Shown: piece after piece, positions 45,657-58,603 of the stretch
Layout of the letters: each line of letters opens with the position of its first letter
How positions within the stretch are numbered: the stretch's first letter is position 1
From: Euglena gracilis
Taxonomy: Eukaryota
Assembly (NCBI GenBank): GCA_039621445.1
Contig: CP154954.1
Location: forward strand, 3,663,715-3,727,714
Reading direction: 5' to 3'
DNA length: 64,000 nt
The notes under the pieces: generated by a model
The model's database searches: none
The model's input: the letters and a program-made list of their open reading frames with translations, nothing else
Told to the model about the DNA's origin: nothing
Translations under genes and position numbers: made by a program

Positions 45657-48356
45657 CTAACGCGTGATGCTCAACGGTTGACAGGCCTCTAAACTCCGCC
45701 AATGATGGGAAGAAACACAAAAAATGTTTCAAGAACGGGTAGGAAAAAGGGGTTAAGCATCAAAGTGGGACGGCAGAAGCATGGGCCCCGTGCCGCCTCA
45801 CCCTTGCGCCACAGGCGCAAGGGTGGGACCGGCACGGGGCCTGTGTGTGTCTCATCTTACCATCATTGGGAAAGGCGCCTAATCTTTGTTTGGTGGTTGT
45901 TTTTAGCAGTCCTTCGCGGCATGATTTATGCAGCCCACAGGCCTCGGTAGGAGCTCCCAAGCATCTCAAAGGATGCCTTCATGTCTCTCATCTCACTGCC
46001 AGTGGGCAAGGTGTCCATTTTAGTTTCCGGTGTTGGTTGTTTTTTGTAAGCCTTTGCAGCGTGTTTTATGCAGACCATCCTTGTTTGTTCAAGGTTTTCA
46101 AATTTTTCAAGTCATCCGGTTGGGCTGGGCGCAAAAGTGACGTGACAGTTTTCCGATGGTGTCCTACGGCCCCACGCGCTACGGCAAGCATTTTCCAGCT
46201 GCCCTGGTGTTTTAGCACTCTGCCAGAAATTTTTGGGCCACTTTTTGGTGGTTTTCCACTTACGCTAGGTACTATTCTCTCCACAATGTGAACAAAATCT
46301 CACAGGATGGTGTTAGGTGTACTTTCCTTTCCATTCTTCAAGAAGGTTGTCACCCAAAACCTCTACATCGTTTTTGGTGTTGCTGTTTTCTTTGAAAGAA
46401 CCCTAAAAAAGAAAGGATGAGGGGGGAAACTGAGAAAAAGTGTTGAAGATTTTTCGAAATACACAAATAAAAAAATATTCTGATCCAACAAAAAAAATGG
46501 TTCGAAACATTTTTTTTTTACTGTTTAGAAACGGTTTGGAGAATCAGATCAAGCAAACGGCAGGGCTGCCCAACTGTTCATTTCAATTTGTGAAACTCTC
46601 ACAAACGTCGTGCAGAGACTGCTCACAGGGAATTTCACCCTTCTTTCCAAATTTGCAAAACACAAGCAGTGGAACCAAACAAACAGGCTTTGGTCACAAA
46701 TAAGTACAACAGTTGCAGTTGCAACAAGCGACTTCACCTCCATAATGTTTCGCTGTTGAAAGGAATCTCAGCATTTCGCTTTCATTTCTTCGGCTTCTTT
46801 CTTCAACTTCTTTCTGAATCCCACTGGCGAAGGAACCATGCATCACCCGGATTCCAACAATATCAAAAAGTGAATAGTCACTTCGTGTTCCAAATGTGAT
46901 GTGAGATCTTGGAAGGAGATGAATGATGCTACAGAGGAAGAAGTTCACACAATTCGATGGAACAATGTTGATGAAAAAAACTGTGATGACACATCTGCAG
47001 ACCAAAGGCTAAAATGGTGTTGCAGTTACGATGCACACTGACATTTTGAATGTACCAGTTCCGAAACATTCAAAATACCACATCATACGATAAGGTGACT
47101 TTTCAGCTGAAGGTGTGATCAGTGTTGGGCCCTCCTTTCTGTAGTATAGTATGGGTCGCTTTAACAAGTAAAGTAGTGGCTTTTTGATCCGGCGTCCGTC
47201 TGAATTGAAAAAAAAAGTCCACCCACAAACCATTGGATTGGTCTTCATTCTGCATCACCGTTAATTGCGGCCTTCCAAATGCGAACCCCAACTCCCGCTA
47301 AAAAGTGGGTTGTACCCAAATTCAAATATCACAGGGTACTCGGGGTCTCACGACAGAGGAAGGGGGAGGAAGGGACCAAGACGGCGAAGCAAAATACGAT
47401 GGTGAGGACCTTACCATCTCGAAGTGCGGAGCCTGGTTTGTTTAGGAATTCACATCACATATTTTTCCTTTGTTTGGGGCATCTTTTTACCCAACTACAC
47501 CCCCGTTCTGTGGTGGTGTGGTATATTTGTTATTTGTATGTGGTATATTTTTTGATGGTGGCGTGGAAAATTTTGACGGTGGAATAGAAAATTCTGGTGG
47601 TGGTGTAATTTTTTTGATGCTTCTCGCCCGTGGATTCAGGCGCCCCCCCTACCCGGGCGGCACCTAAAACACCAACCAACCAGGGCTCACATTTTCAGCA
47701 AGGCTGCCCTCCTCCAAAACATTCAGAGAGTGGCCCAAAGATTTGTGCGCACGCGAAAACGACGCCGCCGAAGAAACCGTTTGTGAACAATTCCGAAGTT
47801 TTAGCTGTTGCAAATGTTACCGTCAACAAAGTGCTTTGAAGTGTTGCCTTATATGGAAACCGGAAAGGAGATTTTGCAGATGGTTGAGGTGCCGTTGCTT
47901 TATCAGCTGATTTTGGAAGGACCCAAAAACCGCATACGAAAGCGGTGACCGAGAGGGGGAGTGCCCTGTGTGAGGGTGGGTCCTCGGCTCAGTGTGTTGT
48001 GACAGCCCTTGTCCAATGACACTTGTGGTGACCAACTTCTGGCCCAGGCCAACCTGTAATGTGCAATGCTGGACAGTCTCCTACTGCCAACTTGGGCTTT
48101 TCCACTGGCATTTTCCCACTGCATCACTGGAGTTTTCAAAATCTTTTGCACAGCAGGGGAACAAATCTTGAAGATGTTTGCCAATGCCAATGAAGTCCAA
48201 GCAAACTGATACACTGTTTGCCATAGGCTGCCACTGAAATACAGAATGAAACACAGAATTCCCAGATTAAGATTTTGGTCTGAACCCTTTTTTCTGGCAA
48301 TGCCTAATTCAGAGATTTCTGGAGATTGATCTTGAAAAGGCTGTCCGCCACACACA

Positions 48357-48367
48357 CCCCCCTTCCT
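48357..48367 (-). promoter_or_regulatory. Polypurine tract of the TRIM
   Basis: Minus-strand AGGAAGGGGGG abuts TGTGTG. Confidence 0.85.
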
Positions 48368-48847
48368 GAACAATTGCTGCGCAATTGCCCAGGCATTCGC
48401 AGCACAGCGGACAGACGAGCCACTTAGCCCCTCGCAGAACATGTAGAAGAGACAGAAACACGCAGAAGACGAAGACGGAGAAAACGATCAAACCGTGACA
48501 TCTAATGCCGCAGAACACCTCCAGCAGACAGCATTACATCAATGCCAAAACTTCACGGCAGAGGGTTTTATCGGTTAACCCACAACCCATGGTAATGCCA
48601 ACAACTGGGCTGCCCAGGGCAACAAATGACCACCAACTCCTTCTCCAGTACGTGCCTCACGGCTCATCTCGATGCTCCACCGGTGCTCGATTCTGTTGTA
48701 CGTGCCTCACGGCTCATCACCATCTCCAGTTCAATGACAATGACATGCAATCTTCAATGACATCTGCAGCAATGTACAGTGCAAAGTACTGCCATCAGCT
48801 GCAGCCAGTGGTCCACCAATGACAATGTAATGACAGTCCACCAGATC

Positions 48848-48873
48848 ACTTTCTGAGTGTCTATTTTTTTTCG
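48848..48873 (+). other. Exact Euglena-type spliced-leader exon sequence, without the SL-RNA intron
   Basis: ACTTTCTGAGTGTCTATTTTTTTTCG is the 26-nt E. gracilis SL as I recall it. It is followed by TGGCAG rather than a GT donor, so it is not an SL-RNA gene. Confidence 0.9.
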
Positions 48874-48903
48874 TGGCAGCCTATGGCAAACAGTGTATCA
48901 GTT
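48848..48903 (-). promoter_or_regulatory. Putative 56-nt primer-binding site of the TRIM (anti-SL plus anti-R)
   Basis: Abuts the 5' LTR end. 48874-48903 is the exact reverse complement of LTR positions 49141-49170. Confidence 0.8.
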
Positions 48904-49170
48904 TGTGTGAGGGTGGGTCCTCGGCTCAGTGTGTTGTGACAGCCCTTGTCCAATGACACTTGTGGTGACCAACTTCTGGCCCAGGCCAACCTGTAATGTG
49001 CAATGCTGGACAGTCTCCTACTGCCAACTTGGGCTTTTCCACTGGCATTTTCCCACTGCATCACTGGAGTTTTCAAAATCTTTTGCACAGCAGGGGAACA
49101 AATCTTGAAGATGTTTGCCAATGCCAATGAAGTCCAAGCAAACTGATACACTGTTTGCCATAGGCTGCCA

Positions 49171-49195
49171 CTGAAATACAGAATGAAACACAGAA
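49171..49195 (-). promoter_or_regulatory. Putative trans-splice acceptor in the TRIM LTR (second copy at 48234-48258)
   Basis: Pyrimidine-rich TTCTGTGTTTCATTCTGTATTTCAG|TGGCAGCC; the SL-joined junction is recorded at 48873/48874. Confidence 0.8.
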
Positions 49196-49639
49196 TTCCC
49201 AGATTAAGATTTTGGTCTGAACCCTTTTTTCTGGCAATGCCTAATTCAGAGATTTCTGGAGATTGATCTTGAAAAGGCTGTCCGCCACACACAGCCCACA
49301 TCTTTATTTTTGATTCAACACAGGAATATACTAGGGATCTCTATTGTTCCCACGCTGCCGAAGTGGCCGGTTTGGTTTCTGTTTTTTGATATCCACCGTT
49401 CCAAAAAAATAATTTATCCCTCAAATGGACTGACACAGCAGAGCCGGGGGAAAGCTCCACTATTTTCGCAGCTCCCCCTCGGAGAGGCCGCCCGCCCACT
49501 ATTTTTTGGCTTCTTTTTCAAGGGCCTTTCAGAAATCCCCAAGGGACGGCCGAGAGGGTACCATTCGGGCTCCGCACCGCGAGATGGTGAGGTCCTGCTG
49601 TCCTTTCCGGGGACCTCACCATCTTCTTGTGCTTCGCCC

Positions 49640-49760
49640 TCTCGGACTCCCACGACAGAGGAAGGGGGAGGAAGGGACCAAGAGGGCGAAGCACAAGAAG
49701 AAGGTGAGGTCCTGCTTTCTCCCTTTCCTTCCCCCCCTTCCTCTGTCGTGGGAGTCCGAA
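49640..49760. repeat. Foldback with ~27-bp arms; related direct copy at ~47349-47410
   Basis: TCGGACTCCCACGACAGAGGAAGGGGG / CCCCCTTCCTCTGTCGTGGGAGTCCGA. Confidence 0.8.
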
Positions 49761-50974
49761 AGGCTGCTGCATCGGTACGCGTGATGAGCTTGGCCTGCGA
49801 CATTACGGCGGCCTTCCACCCCAAAAAACATCTGCGTTCAAAAAGCCGGCACACGGCCTCACTTGGCGATTTTTGTTTCGTTTTTGATGTGTCCTTTTTC
49901 CGGCCAGCTAAGGCCCCTCCTGTCGGCGACTTAAAAAACCGGCAATATCCGATTCATTGTTTAGATTAACTTTTTGCTTTTGACGCCGAATTGAATTGAA
50001 TTGAATTGAATTGAATTTAAAAAGAGGAAGATCCAAAGCGGGCGATTTTTGATTAAAATCTAGCACTTATGTGCGGAGGGTGTGGGGATTCAGAGGTTTT
50101 GTTTGGCCCTTTCTTTCTGGTGTGGTTCTTGACATTGGCATTGGTGTGGGGCAGGTGTGGGTTTTGAGGTGCACGAATTCATTGAAAGTATTTGTGAAAG
50201 GTGGAAACTTCAGGGAAAGGTACTTCCAAAGAATTGGGACTCTAGATGCGTTTTTGTTTCTTTGGGGAACTTTTTTCGATTTCTCGAACAGCGGGACCCT
50301 TTGGTGGGGTATTTTCAGGAAGGTGATTAAATAAAGCCTGACATTTCTGATGTGTTATTTTTTAACAGTTGATTCTAAAAAACCTCGGCGGGTTCTTCGA
50401 ATGCAAAAATGCGCATGAAAAATGAAAAATGATCAATCCCAACGAGAAAAACGTTCGATCCTATTTTTTTTTGCTGTTGTTTATGTTTTTGCAGTGCTGT
50501 TTCTCATTTTGGCACATTGAGAATCAATACAAAAAAGTTAAAGCAAGTTAAAGCAAGTTAAAACAACAATGAAATGCAATAAACACTGGTGGACACAATC
50601 GCCGCATGTCTAGCATTCAAAATTGCTCAATTGAACCTGCGGAACCAAAATAAGTGCAAACTAACAAAGCATCAAAATGAAAGCACCAACGCCACCCTTC
50701 TTAAAAACTTGAAAACAACTTGTAATTCTGAAAACACAGTGGGGGACCAACAAAAACATGTCAACTGTACCCTCACCCCCCCTCAAAGTGGCCCCTCCAG
50801 GCACCGTGGGACCCTGAAATGGCCACTCTGGGAGGGGGGACACTTTGGGGGGGGGTCAAATTTTGGCCTTGGGCGCCAAATGAACCGAAGAAAAATGGCC
50901 ACTTTGGGGGGGGGGAACTAAAATTTGCAAAAGCTTTTGGCCACTTTGGGGGGGGGACACTTTGAAGGGGGGGT

Positions 50975-53300
50975 GAGGGTAATTCTGAAAAACTCAGGTG
51001 CCAAAACAATTGCCAACCGTAAATCTGAAAAAATCCAGGGGGATTCAAACAAAAATTTTACAACCAGAAATCTGAAAGAACATAGGGGGGCCCAACGAAA
51101 ATTGGCCTGCCGTGATTCCCAGCGAAAACTGGCGAACCGTCTGTCTGAAAAAAAAAACCCAAGGAGTCCAATATCTTTTTGCCAGCCATAATTCTGAAGA
51201 AAACCCGTGGGCGATGCCAACTGTTGGGGGGTCCAACAAAGTTTTTGCAACCGCATTTGTGCAAAAAACCCAGGGGGCAACACAATTTTGCCAGTGGTAA
51301 TTCTGAAAAAAACATTGGGGGGGTCCAACAAAAATTTTCAAACCATAATTCTGAAAAAATCCCAGGAGTCAAAAAAATTGCCAGTCGAAAATCTAGGAAA
51401 CCCCAGGGGATGCAGCAAAAATTTACCAGCCGTAATTCTGAAAAAAACCAACTGCGATTCTGAAAAACCCAGTAGGGTCCAACAAAAATTTATCAATCAA
51501 CCACATTGTGAAAAAACCAATGGGGTTGCAACAAAAATTTGCCAAAAGCAATTCTGAAAAAACATCAGGGGGGTCCAACGCTTGCCAACCCAGGACGGCA
51601 ATCCAACTCCAACAAAAAAAATTACGTGATTATGAAAAAAACCAGAGACAAACCACAAACAACTGGGAAAACCCAGGGGGTGCAACTGAAATTTACCAAC
51701 CATAATTCTGAAAAAAAAAACACCACAATTCTGAAAAAACCCAGGGGGGTTCAAAATTTGCCAACGGGGGTTCCAACAAAAAAATTGTCAACTGCAATTC
51801 TGAAAAAAACCCAGGCGGGTCCGACCAAATTTGGGCAACCGTAAATCTGGGCTCCAACAAACAACAAAAATCTGGGCTCCAACAAAATATCGTCAACCGT
51901 AATTTTGAAAAAAAACCCAGAGGGGTCCGACAAAAACTTTTTAACAGTAAATCTGGAAACCTGGGGGGGGGACCAAAAATTCCTTCAACTCTTGTTCTGC
52001 AGAATGCAAAAAGATGGTAAATTTTTGGCCCCCCCCCGTTTTTTTCAGAATTGCGGTTGGTGAACTTCGTTGCGAAGAAAGATGAAGACCGCCGACCCTC
52101 CTGCCCCCAGAAAGGGGATTTCTCATTCTGAACATGGAGAAACAGTGCAATTTACCTCTAAATTTGGCCCAATTCGAAAAAAGGCTGATACTTCACCAAG
52201 ACACAACTCCAAATCCAAACCCCATTCCTCCCAATGACCCTGCACAAAAAATAGCACCATTACCCAAAGTAATGAGAACCAATTTTAGTTGCACCTGGGG
52301 TTGGCAAACTTTGTTGGACCCCCCTGGGATTCTTTCAGCATAAAAGCCTGTTGGAACCCAGAAGTGTGACCCCCAGGTTTTTCCTTAACACATTTCTGTT
52401 GGAATACCGGTTGGCAAATGTTGTTGGATCCCCCCAGGTTCTTCAGTGGCAAATTTTTGTTGGACCCCTTTGTTTTTTCAGAATCATGGTTGACAAATTT
52501 TTGTTGGACCCCTCTGGGTTTTTCAGAATCACGGTCGATAAATTTCTGTTGCACCCCCTCTGTCATTGGGGGTCAAATGTGGCAATTTTTGGCATCATGG
52601 CACAAATCCCAATGGTGATGCCATTTGTGTTTTGGGTGCCCCCTGCCGCCTTTCGGTTTTCTTGTGTGTGCGAAAGGTGAGGCGGGGCCATGTCACCAAA
52701 CCCTGACCCCACCCCTATCAAACAACCAAACAACCACAAAAACCACCCAAATGGCCGACACGGATCCCAACGTACGGGTCTCTGACCGTCCAAAGGGCGT
52801 CGTACCATAACCGGAAGGGGGGGGGTCCGACGTACCATAACAGATAAGTGCCCAAAAATTTGCCAACCGTAAATCTGAAAAAACCCAGGGGGTCTGACCA
52901 AAATTTCCCAACCGTAATACTGAAGAAAAAAAAAACACAGGGGGGTGCCAACAAAAAATTGCCTACCGCAGATCTGGAAAAATCAGAAGGGGTCAAAAAT
53001 TTCCCAACCTTGATTCTGAAAAAGCCCAGGACCAAAAACTCCCCAACCGTTATTCTGAAAAAACCTTGGGGGGTCCAAAAATTTACCAACGGTGATTCTG
53101 TAAAAACCCCAGGGGGAGGGTCCCGGCAACAAAATCACCAACCACAAATCTGAAAAAAACCCAGGAGTTCCGAAAAAACCAAGGGGGTGGTCACACAAAA
53201 AATAGCCAACTGAAAATCTGGGGAAACCCAAGGGAGGTTCCAACAAAACCCCAGGGGTGCAACAAAAAGTGCAACCAACTGTAATTCTGCAAAAAAAACC
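50975..53300. repeat. Degenerate tandem array (~45-60 bp unit CAACCGTAATTCTGAAAAAACCCAGGGGGTCCAACAAAAATTTGC) with inverted blocks
   Basis: Dozens of diverged units; blocks at ~52020-52065 and ~52295-52560 are reversed. Confidence 0.85.
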
Positions 53301-53314
53301 AACACACAAGAAAC

Positions 53315-55430
53315 TGTTTGGCCCTGATTTTTCAGCTGGGCTGCTCAAAAACAGTATGGATCTGGCACAGGGGGGGGGGGCAAAAAAGGTTCAAGGTTCC
53401 CGTTTTTTTTTTGTTTTAAAACAAAGCAAAAAAACTTTCATGAATAAAAAACGGTTTAAAAACGGTTTTCTGTTTTTAAAAAGGGTGTTTTTTTCAAATA
53501 AAACACTACAAATAGGGAATAAACCTGTTTAAAACAACTTGTTTAAAAACAGCCCGGGAACCTTGGCTGGGTTGCCCGAAAACAGTGCAGATTGTGGCAC
53601 ACATATTTCAGGGGGGCTGCCCAAAAAAAGGGCGGATTGTTGCCATGAATTTTCATTTGTGAATTGTGGCCCTATTCAGCTCTGGGCTGCAGGGGGTGGG
53701 GGGGAGGGGGTCCAACAAACTTGCCACCCGCAAAACCCCAAAAAACAACAAAAAATCCCAACCGCAATTTTCGCAACCGCAACCCGCCCTAATTTTTAAG
53801 CTGGCCCTAAATTTTCATGCTCAAAAACAGTGTGGATCGTGGCCCAGAAACCACCCCCCCTTTATTTGACCCCCCCTTAATTGATCATTTGGGTCCGGGA
53901 ATTTTTTTTTTCATGCGCCGAAATTTTTTTTGCCCTCTTTCTAAAGGAATTTTTGACCCCTTATTGTCCCACCGACCCGATCCCGGCCCGATCGGACAAT
54001 AAGGGGGGGGCAATAAGACCGTACCAAAGGAATTTCATTGGCCGGGTCAAAAAAACCCCCCGTCGGCCGGGGCCAGGGACAATCAGGGGGGGGGGTATTT
54101 GAGCATTTGGGGGTCCGTTGGCCCGAGGGTGTGCTCAAAGGGGGGGGGGGGTATTCTGGGGGGGGGGCAAAAAGCACCGATCGCAGCCCAAATTTTTTTT
54201 TGCTGGGCTTCCCAAAAAAAACAGTACAGATCGTGGCCCTGAATTTTTACCTGGGCTGCCCCCCCCCCCAAATTGTGGAGCGTGGCCCCGATATTTCAGG
54301 GGGGCTGCCCCCCAAAAATGCGTGATCGTGGCCCTAAATCTTCAGCCGGGGCTGCCCAAAAATAAAAGTAGGATGGTGGCCCCAAATTTTCAGCTGGGCT
54401 GCTCAAAAACAGCATGGATTGAGGACCAGATATTTTGGGGGGGGGGGCTGACCAAAAAAAAAAGATTGTGGTCCGAAATTTTCAGCCGGGTCCCCAAAAA
54501 TCGTGGAGCGTGGCCTGATGTTTGGGAGGGGGGGCTGACCGCAAAAAAAACGTGGGGGGACCGTTGCCCAGATGTTTCGGGAGGGGGTGATTTAAAAAGC
54601 ACAGATTGCGGTCCAAATTTTTGGGGGGGATAAAAGCACGGATTGTGGCGCCGAATTTTCAGCTGCCCCCAAAAAACAGATTGTGGCCCTAAATGTTCAG
54701 CTGAGTTACTCCCCCAAAAAAAGATCGGATCGTGGCTCTAAATATTCAGCTGGGCCCAAAAAAAATACGGATTGTGTCCTTCTGAGCGGGACTCAGGGTT
54801 GACATTGTTTTGTTTTTAAAAAAATATTTTAAAAATATTCCTTAAAAAACACTCTTTTTGGAAAATGCAAAAAAAAACGCCATTTCTGTTGAAAAACACC
54901 AATTTTTCAAAAAAACCTCAGAAATTTTTTTCCAAAATCAACAAAAAAAGACATTTTTTTGGTCACATGGACATTTTCCATTTTTGAAACTGTCGTTTTT
55001 TAATATCCTCTTGAGGGCATTGTTGGGGCAAACACCTAAAGTTAAGATTTTTGAACAATTTTTTTTGGAATTGAAGTAAACTTGGGTTTTTACCACATGA
55101 AAATTTGGATTTTGGCACCAAAATTAGGAATATCCAGCAGCTTTATCCAAAAAAAAATCCTTTTCAAGAAATTTTCCCAAGACTCTTGATGACTTTGGTT
55201 GCTTTTTGAAAAACAACAAACCGTGGATTTTCAGCTGGGCTGCCCCCCCAAAAAAGAACAGAGTGTGGCCGAGATGTTGGGGGGGGGGGGGCTGCCCTCC
55301 AAAACTGTGGATCGTGGCCCTTTATTTTCACCTGGGCTGCCGAGAAAAAGTGCTGGCCCAGATGGAGGGGGGGGGGGCAGTGCCCCCCAAAAATACGGGT
55401 GGCCCCACATTTTCAGCTGGGCTGCCCCTC
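53315..55430. repeat. Second degenerate array (GATCGTGGCCC..AATTTTCAGCTGGGCTGCCC..AAAA), interrupted by insertions
   Basis: The motif recurs about every 40-45 bp in 53315-53350, 53550-53850, 54175-54775 and 55220-55430. Confidence 0.75.
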
Positions 55431-58189
55431 CTTCCAAAAGTAAACCCCCCCACTTATAACACCCCCCCTCGGGCCGATCAATCAAACCGGGACCTGTAAT
55501 TTGTTACTGTAACTTGTTGTTGTTGGGGAAAATTAACCCCCCCCCTTGGGGAAGAAATGAAATCCGCCAGGGACAATTTTTCGGCCACAATCCACCCAAA
55601 AACTGATTTTTTTTGCAATTTTTTGACACCCACCATCATGAAAAATGCCAATTTTGACCAAATTTGCCGAGAATCGCCAATTTGGGGGGGGGTTGGGATC
55701 ATTTTTGGGGGTCGAGTTACTTACTAGGAGATACTTTTTGACTCCCTTTCAAACTGGACAAACTGGAGGAGACAAACTGGTAGTGGGCTGTCTTAAAAAA
55801 GGACGGACCGACACGTTGTTTTGTTTTCTTCCTTATAAAATAAACGCCAACTATGCAACCTTGTGTAAGCGTGAGTTGCCACAGACGCCAATTCAAGCAC
55901 ACCTGTCCATTCGAAGGGCCTTCCAAAATGAAACTCCTTGATGAAAAAAATCCTTCAATTACAAATCATAATGGCATGGGATCTGCAGAATTGATTTACA
56001 TTAATTGTACAAAACCCCCCTAATGACATCCACCCTCATCCCCCCCATAATGGCCACCCTCCAGGCACCATGGGACCCGAAACGGCTTTGAAAACCGCTT
56101 TGGGGTGGGGAAACTTTGGGAGGGGGCAAATTTTGCCAAAGGCGCCGAAAGAAAGTGGCCACTTTGAGGGGGTGAACCAACGGTTGCCACTTGGGGGTGG
56201 AACACTTTGAGGGGGGGCTGAGGGTGCTTGCAATTTGCGTCCGGCCAATGGACATGGCAAGGCTGGATTGAGGTTGAGGCAAAACAACCTCAACCTCAAT
56301 TGCATTTTGACATAAAGGTGACATAGGAAGGATTGAGGCTGCAAAACCTCAACCTCAACCTCAACCTCAATGTCAACCTGAACCGTAATCCTGAATTCCT
56401 CAATCCAACCATGGACATGCGTCCCAAAAAAAAGCTTCCTTTGACCGGGCTGCAAAAACCTCCAAAATGGCCCGATTCGGACACTTTTTTCCAAGTTTGG
56501 CGGATGGAACTCTCCAAAAATGCATAAAAGGTCGAAAAGCACCCAAATGTTTTCCAATATCTCACGAACCCCTCCATATTCCCCCCCCATTGCAGTTAGA
56601 CACCCTAGCCAGAGCCTGGAGGTGCCGTTTTGGGAGGGATGCATCAAAATGACAACCTCCATTGAAGACATCACCCCCTGAAGAAAGTCCTAAAATGAGC
56701 AATTTTGATTTAAGCAAACCAAAAAAAAATGAATGGTGGCTCATCCTCTGAAACATCAGAAAGGGCACAAAATTTGAAATGAAACAGGGGCAAACATTTC
56801 AAACATCCATACAAAGTTGACCAATTGTGGGGGTGACAACATCCATCCCACTTCCCACCTCATGACTGACTGCACAATTGATTGTACGGTTCAAAAATGC
56901 CTTGGTATGCATCGCCGTCTCTCGCGGCCGCCCGTCTTTCGAATGTGAGCCCTATCTCCCGCTACAAAGCGAGTTAGAACCAAATTCTTATATCACCATG
57001 TGCAGTTTAGGAATGCGCACCACATATCTGACGGGCGGCCGATCTTCTGTACGGAGCCGATTTGAGCCTCCAGGAAGCAGGGGGACATTCCCGTTCGGAA
57101 ACTGATCGATTTGAGATACCCGAAAAAAATTTTATTCAAAGTTTTCCCAATAGCGTTAACTGCTCGTCTGTGGATTCGGGGCCCCTCCCCCAAATCCTAC
57201 TGACATTCGCGCCGCCGGGGCGGCACCTATAACCCGAGCGATGTAACGGCCTACGCCCGCGAATGCCGCCAATGCCGACGCGATTCGGCCCGTAGGGTTC
57301 GATTTGGCGCGGTTCCGGCACCGGCAGGCGCCGCGACTGGAACGGTTGGATCCGGATCCGTCCCGTGCACAATACTGGTGTCGGTAAAATCGTACTTTTG
57401 CTCCTGGGCCGAGATAGGTGTTCGGTCTCGCCCGCGTCTTCACCGCATTCGCGAAGGCCCGTGCGTGAGCACGGGCTCACGTGCTTGTAATACAGTTACT
57501 GTAAGTTTACTCTCGCGATTTTGAGACCAGCCAGACGCGCAGAGAAGCAAAACACAACAAAAGCCAAAACCCGACACAAACACGCCATCCTGCGGCAAAA
57601 GCGGTACAAACGCTCCCCTCCCCCCCAATATATATTGAAGGTGACCTTTGCTCATCTTCCGCTAACCACTGACCTCCACAACAAGTATCACTCAGTAGCT
57701 CCTTTGTACATTACACCCACAGTATAATCTACCCGCGACCTGTGGCGGCACAGAGAGTCACAAGGGGGTTCCTCTTGTGGCGAGGGCCAAAAGAGACGTT
57801 TCCCTGGGCCCGGGGCACGGTTTGGGTGAAGCTGTGCTACCCATCGTGAGTGTTTTTGGGAATCTGAACTTCAAGACCAAAATGCACGCTGTCCAGCCGT
57901 CCGTCCAGACGAAAGCAATTTTCTCTAGCCGTCCGTCCGTCCATCCGTCCGTCCGTCCGTCCTCAAGCCTCCTCGTCTCAATGAAAACGTAACAACGCAT
58001 GAAGAAGCCAAGGCAATCCTCAAGCAAGCAGAAGACCCAAAAAAATCAGCAAATGTGAACAACGATACTCAAGGGTTGGATGGAAACTGATCCCTGCAGT
58101 AACACACCCATGGAGTGGATGGACAGGCAAGGGAATTGACCTCATTCGGCGAATCCTGCATGACACCACCAAAGACACCCCCCACAAAG

Positions 58190-58500
58190 AAGTGGCCATG
58201 TATTCTTTAACTGCTGCCAATCGCATTGGGGCCCACTGTTTTGTGGGGTCTCTGTATCCAAAATCACCTTCGCTCGTTGGAAGGAACAATTGTGTTTTCG
58301 CCTCATCAGTGAGTTCTACATTCAAGGTTTTTTCAATGGGGTGATTAAGATGTCCTTTGTGTATTGGTCTCTCATGCCAGATACATCTGTTGCTCGCAAT
58401 ACGTACTCGACCTTGGAGGTGGTGAGGCACGTGGTGAGGAGAAGGTGTTGCACATGTGAGTCCTTGATAGCGGTGACGGTTTGTGTTTGTTGTTGGATCT
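58190..58500 (-). pseudogene. Non-LTR retrotransposon RT C-terminal/thumb remnant, possibly CRE-like
   Basis: KDSHVQHLLLTTCLTTSKVEYVLR, then after a frameshift QLFLPTSEGDFGYRDP, resembling the LPxxxGGLG motif. Confidence 0.6.
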
Positions 58501-58603
58501 CTTCGTTTTTTGTGGTGGAATTTGCTGATTTTTGGATTCAGGACGGGTTTGCGTGCCGGCTCACCGCACTTACGTATGTCCGAAAAGAGGACAAGCAGGG
58601 TTG

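Larger units (their letters stand above)
47967..49293 (-). mobile_element. TRIM-like non-autonomous LTR element (1,327 bp)
   Basis: 390-bp TG...CA direct repeats (47967-48356, 48904-49293) with no mismatch seen. TSD GCCC at 47963-47966 and 49294-49297. PPT present; the 547-bp interior has no recognisable coding domain. Confidence 0.93.

Noticed and set aside
48848-48950. SL-RNA gene
   Set aside because: The SL exon is not followed by a GT donor or SL intron; it is joined directly to LTR-derived sequence.
50975-53300. CRISPR array
   Set aside because: Units are degenerate along their whole length, there are no unique spacers or cas genes, and the context is eukaryotic.
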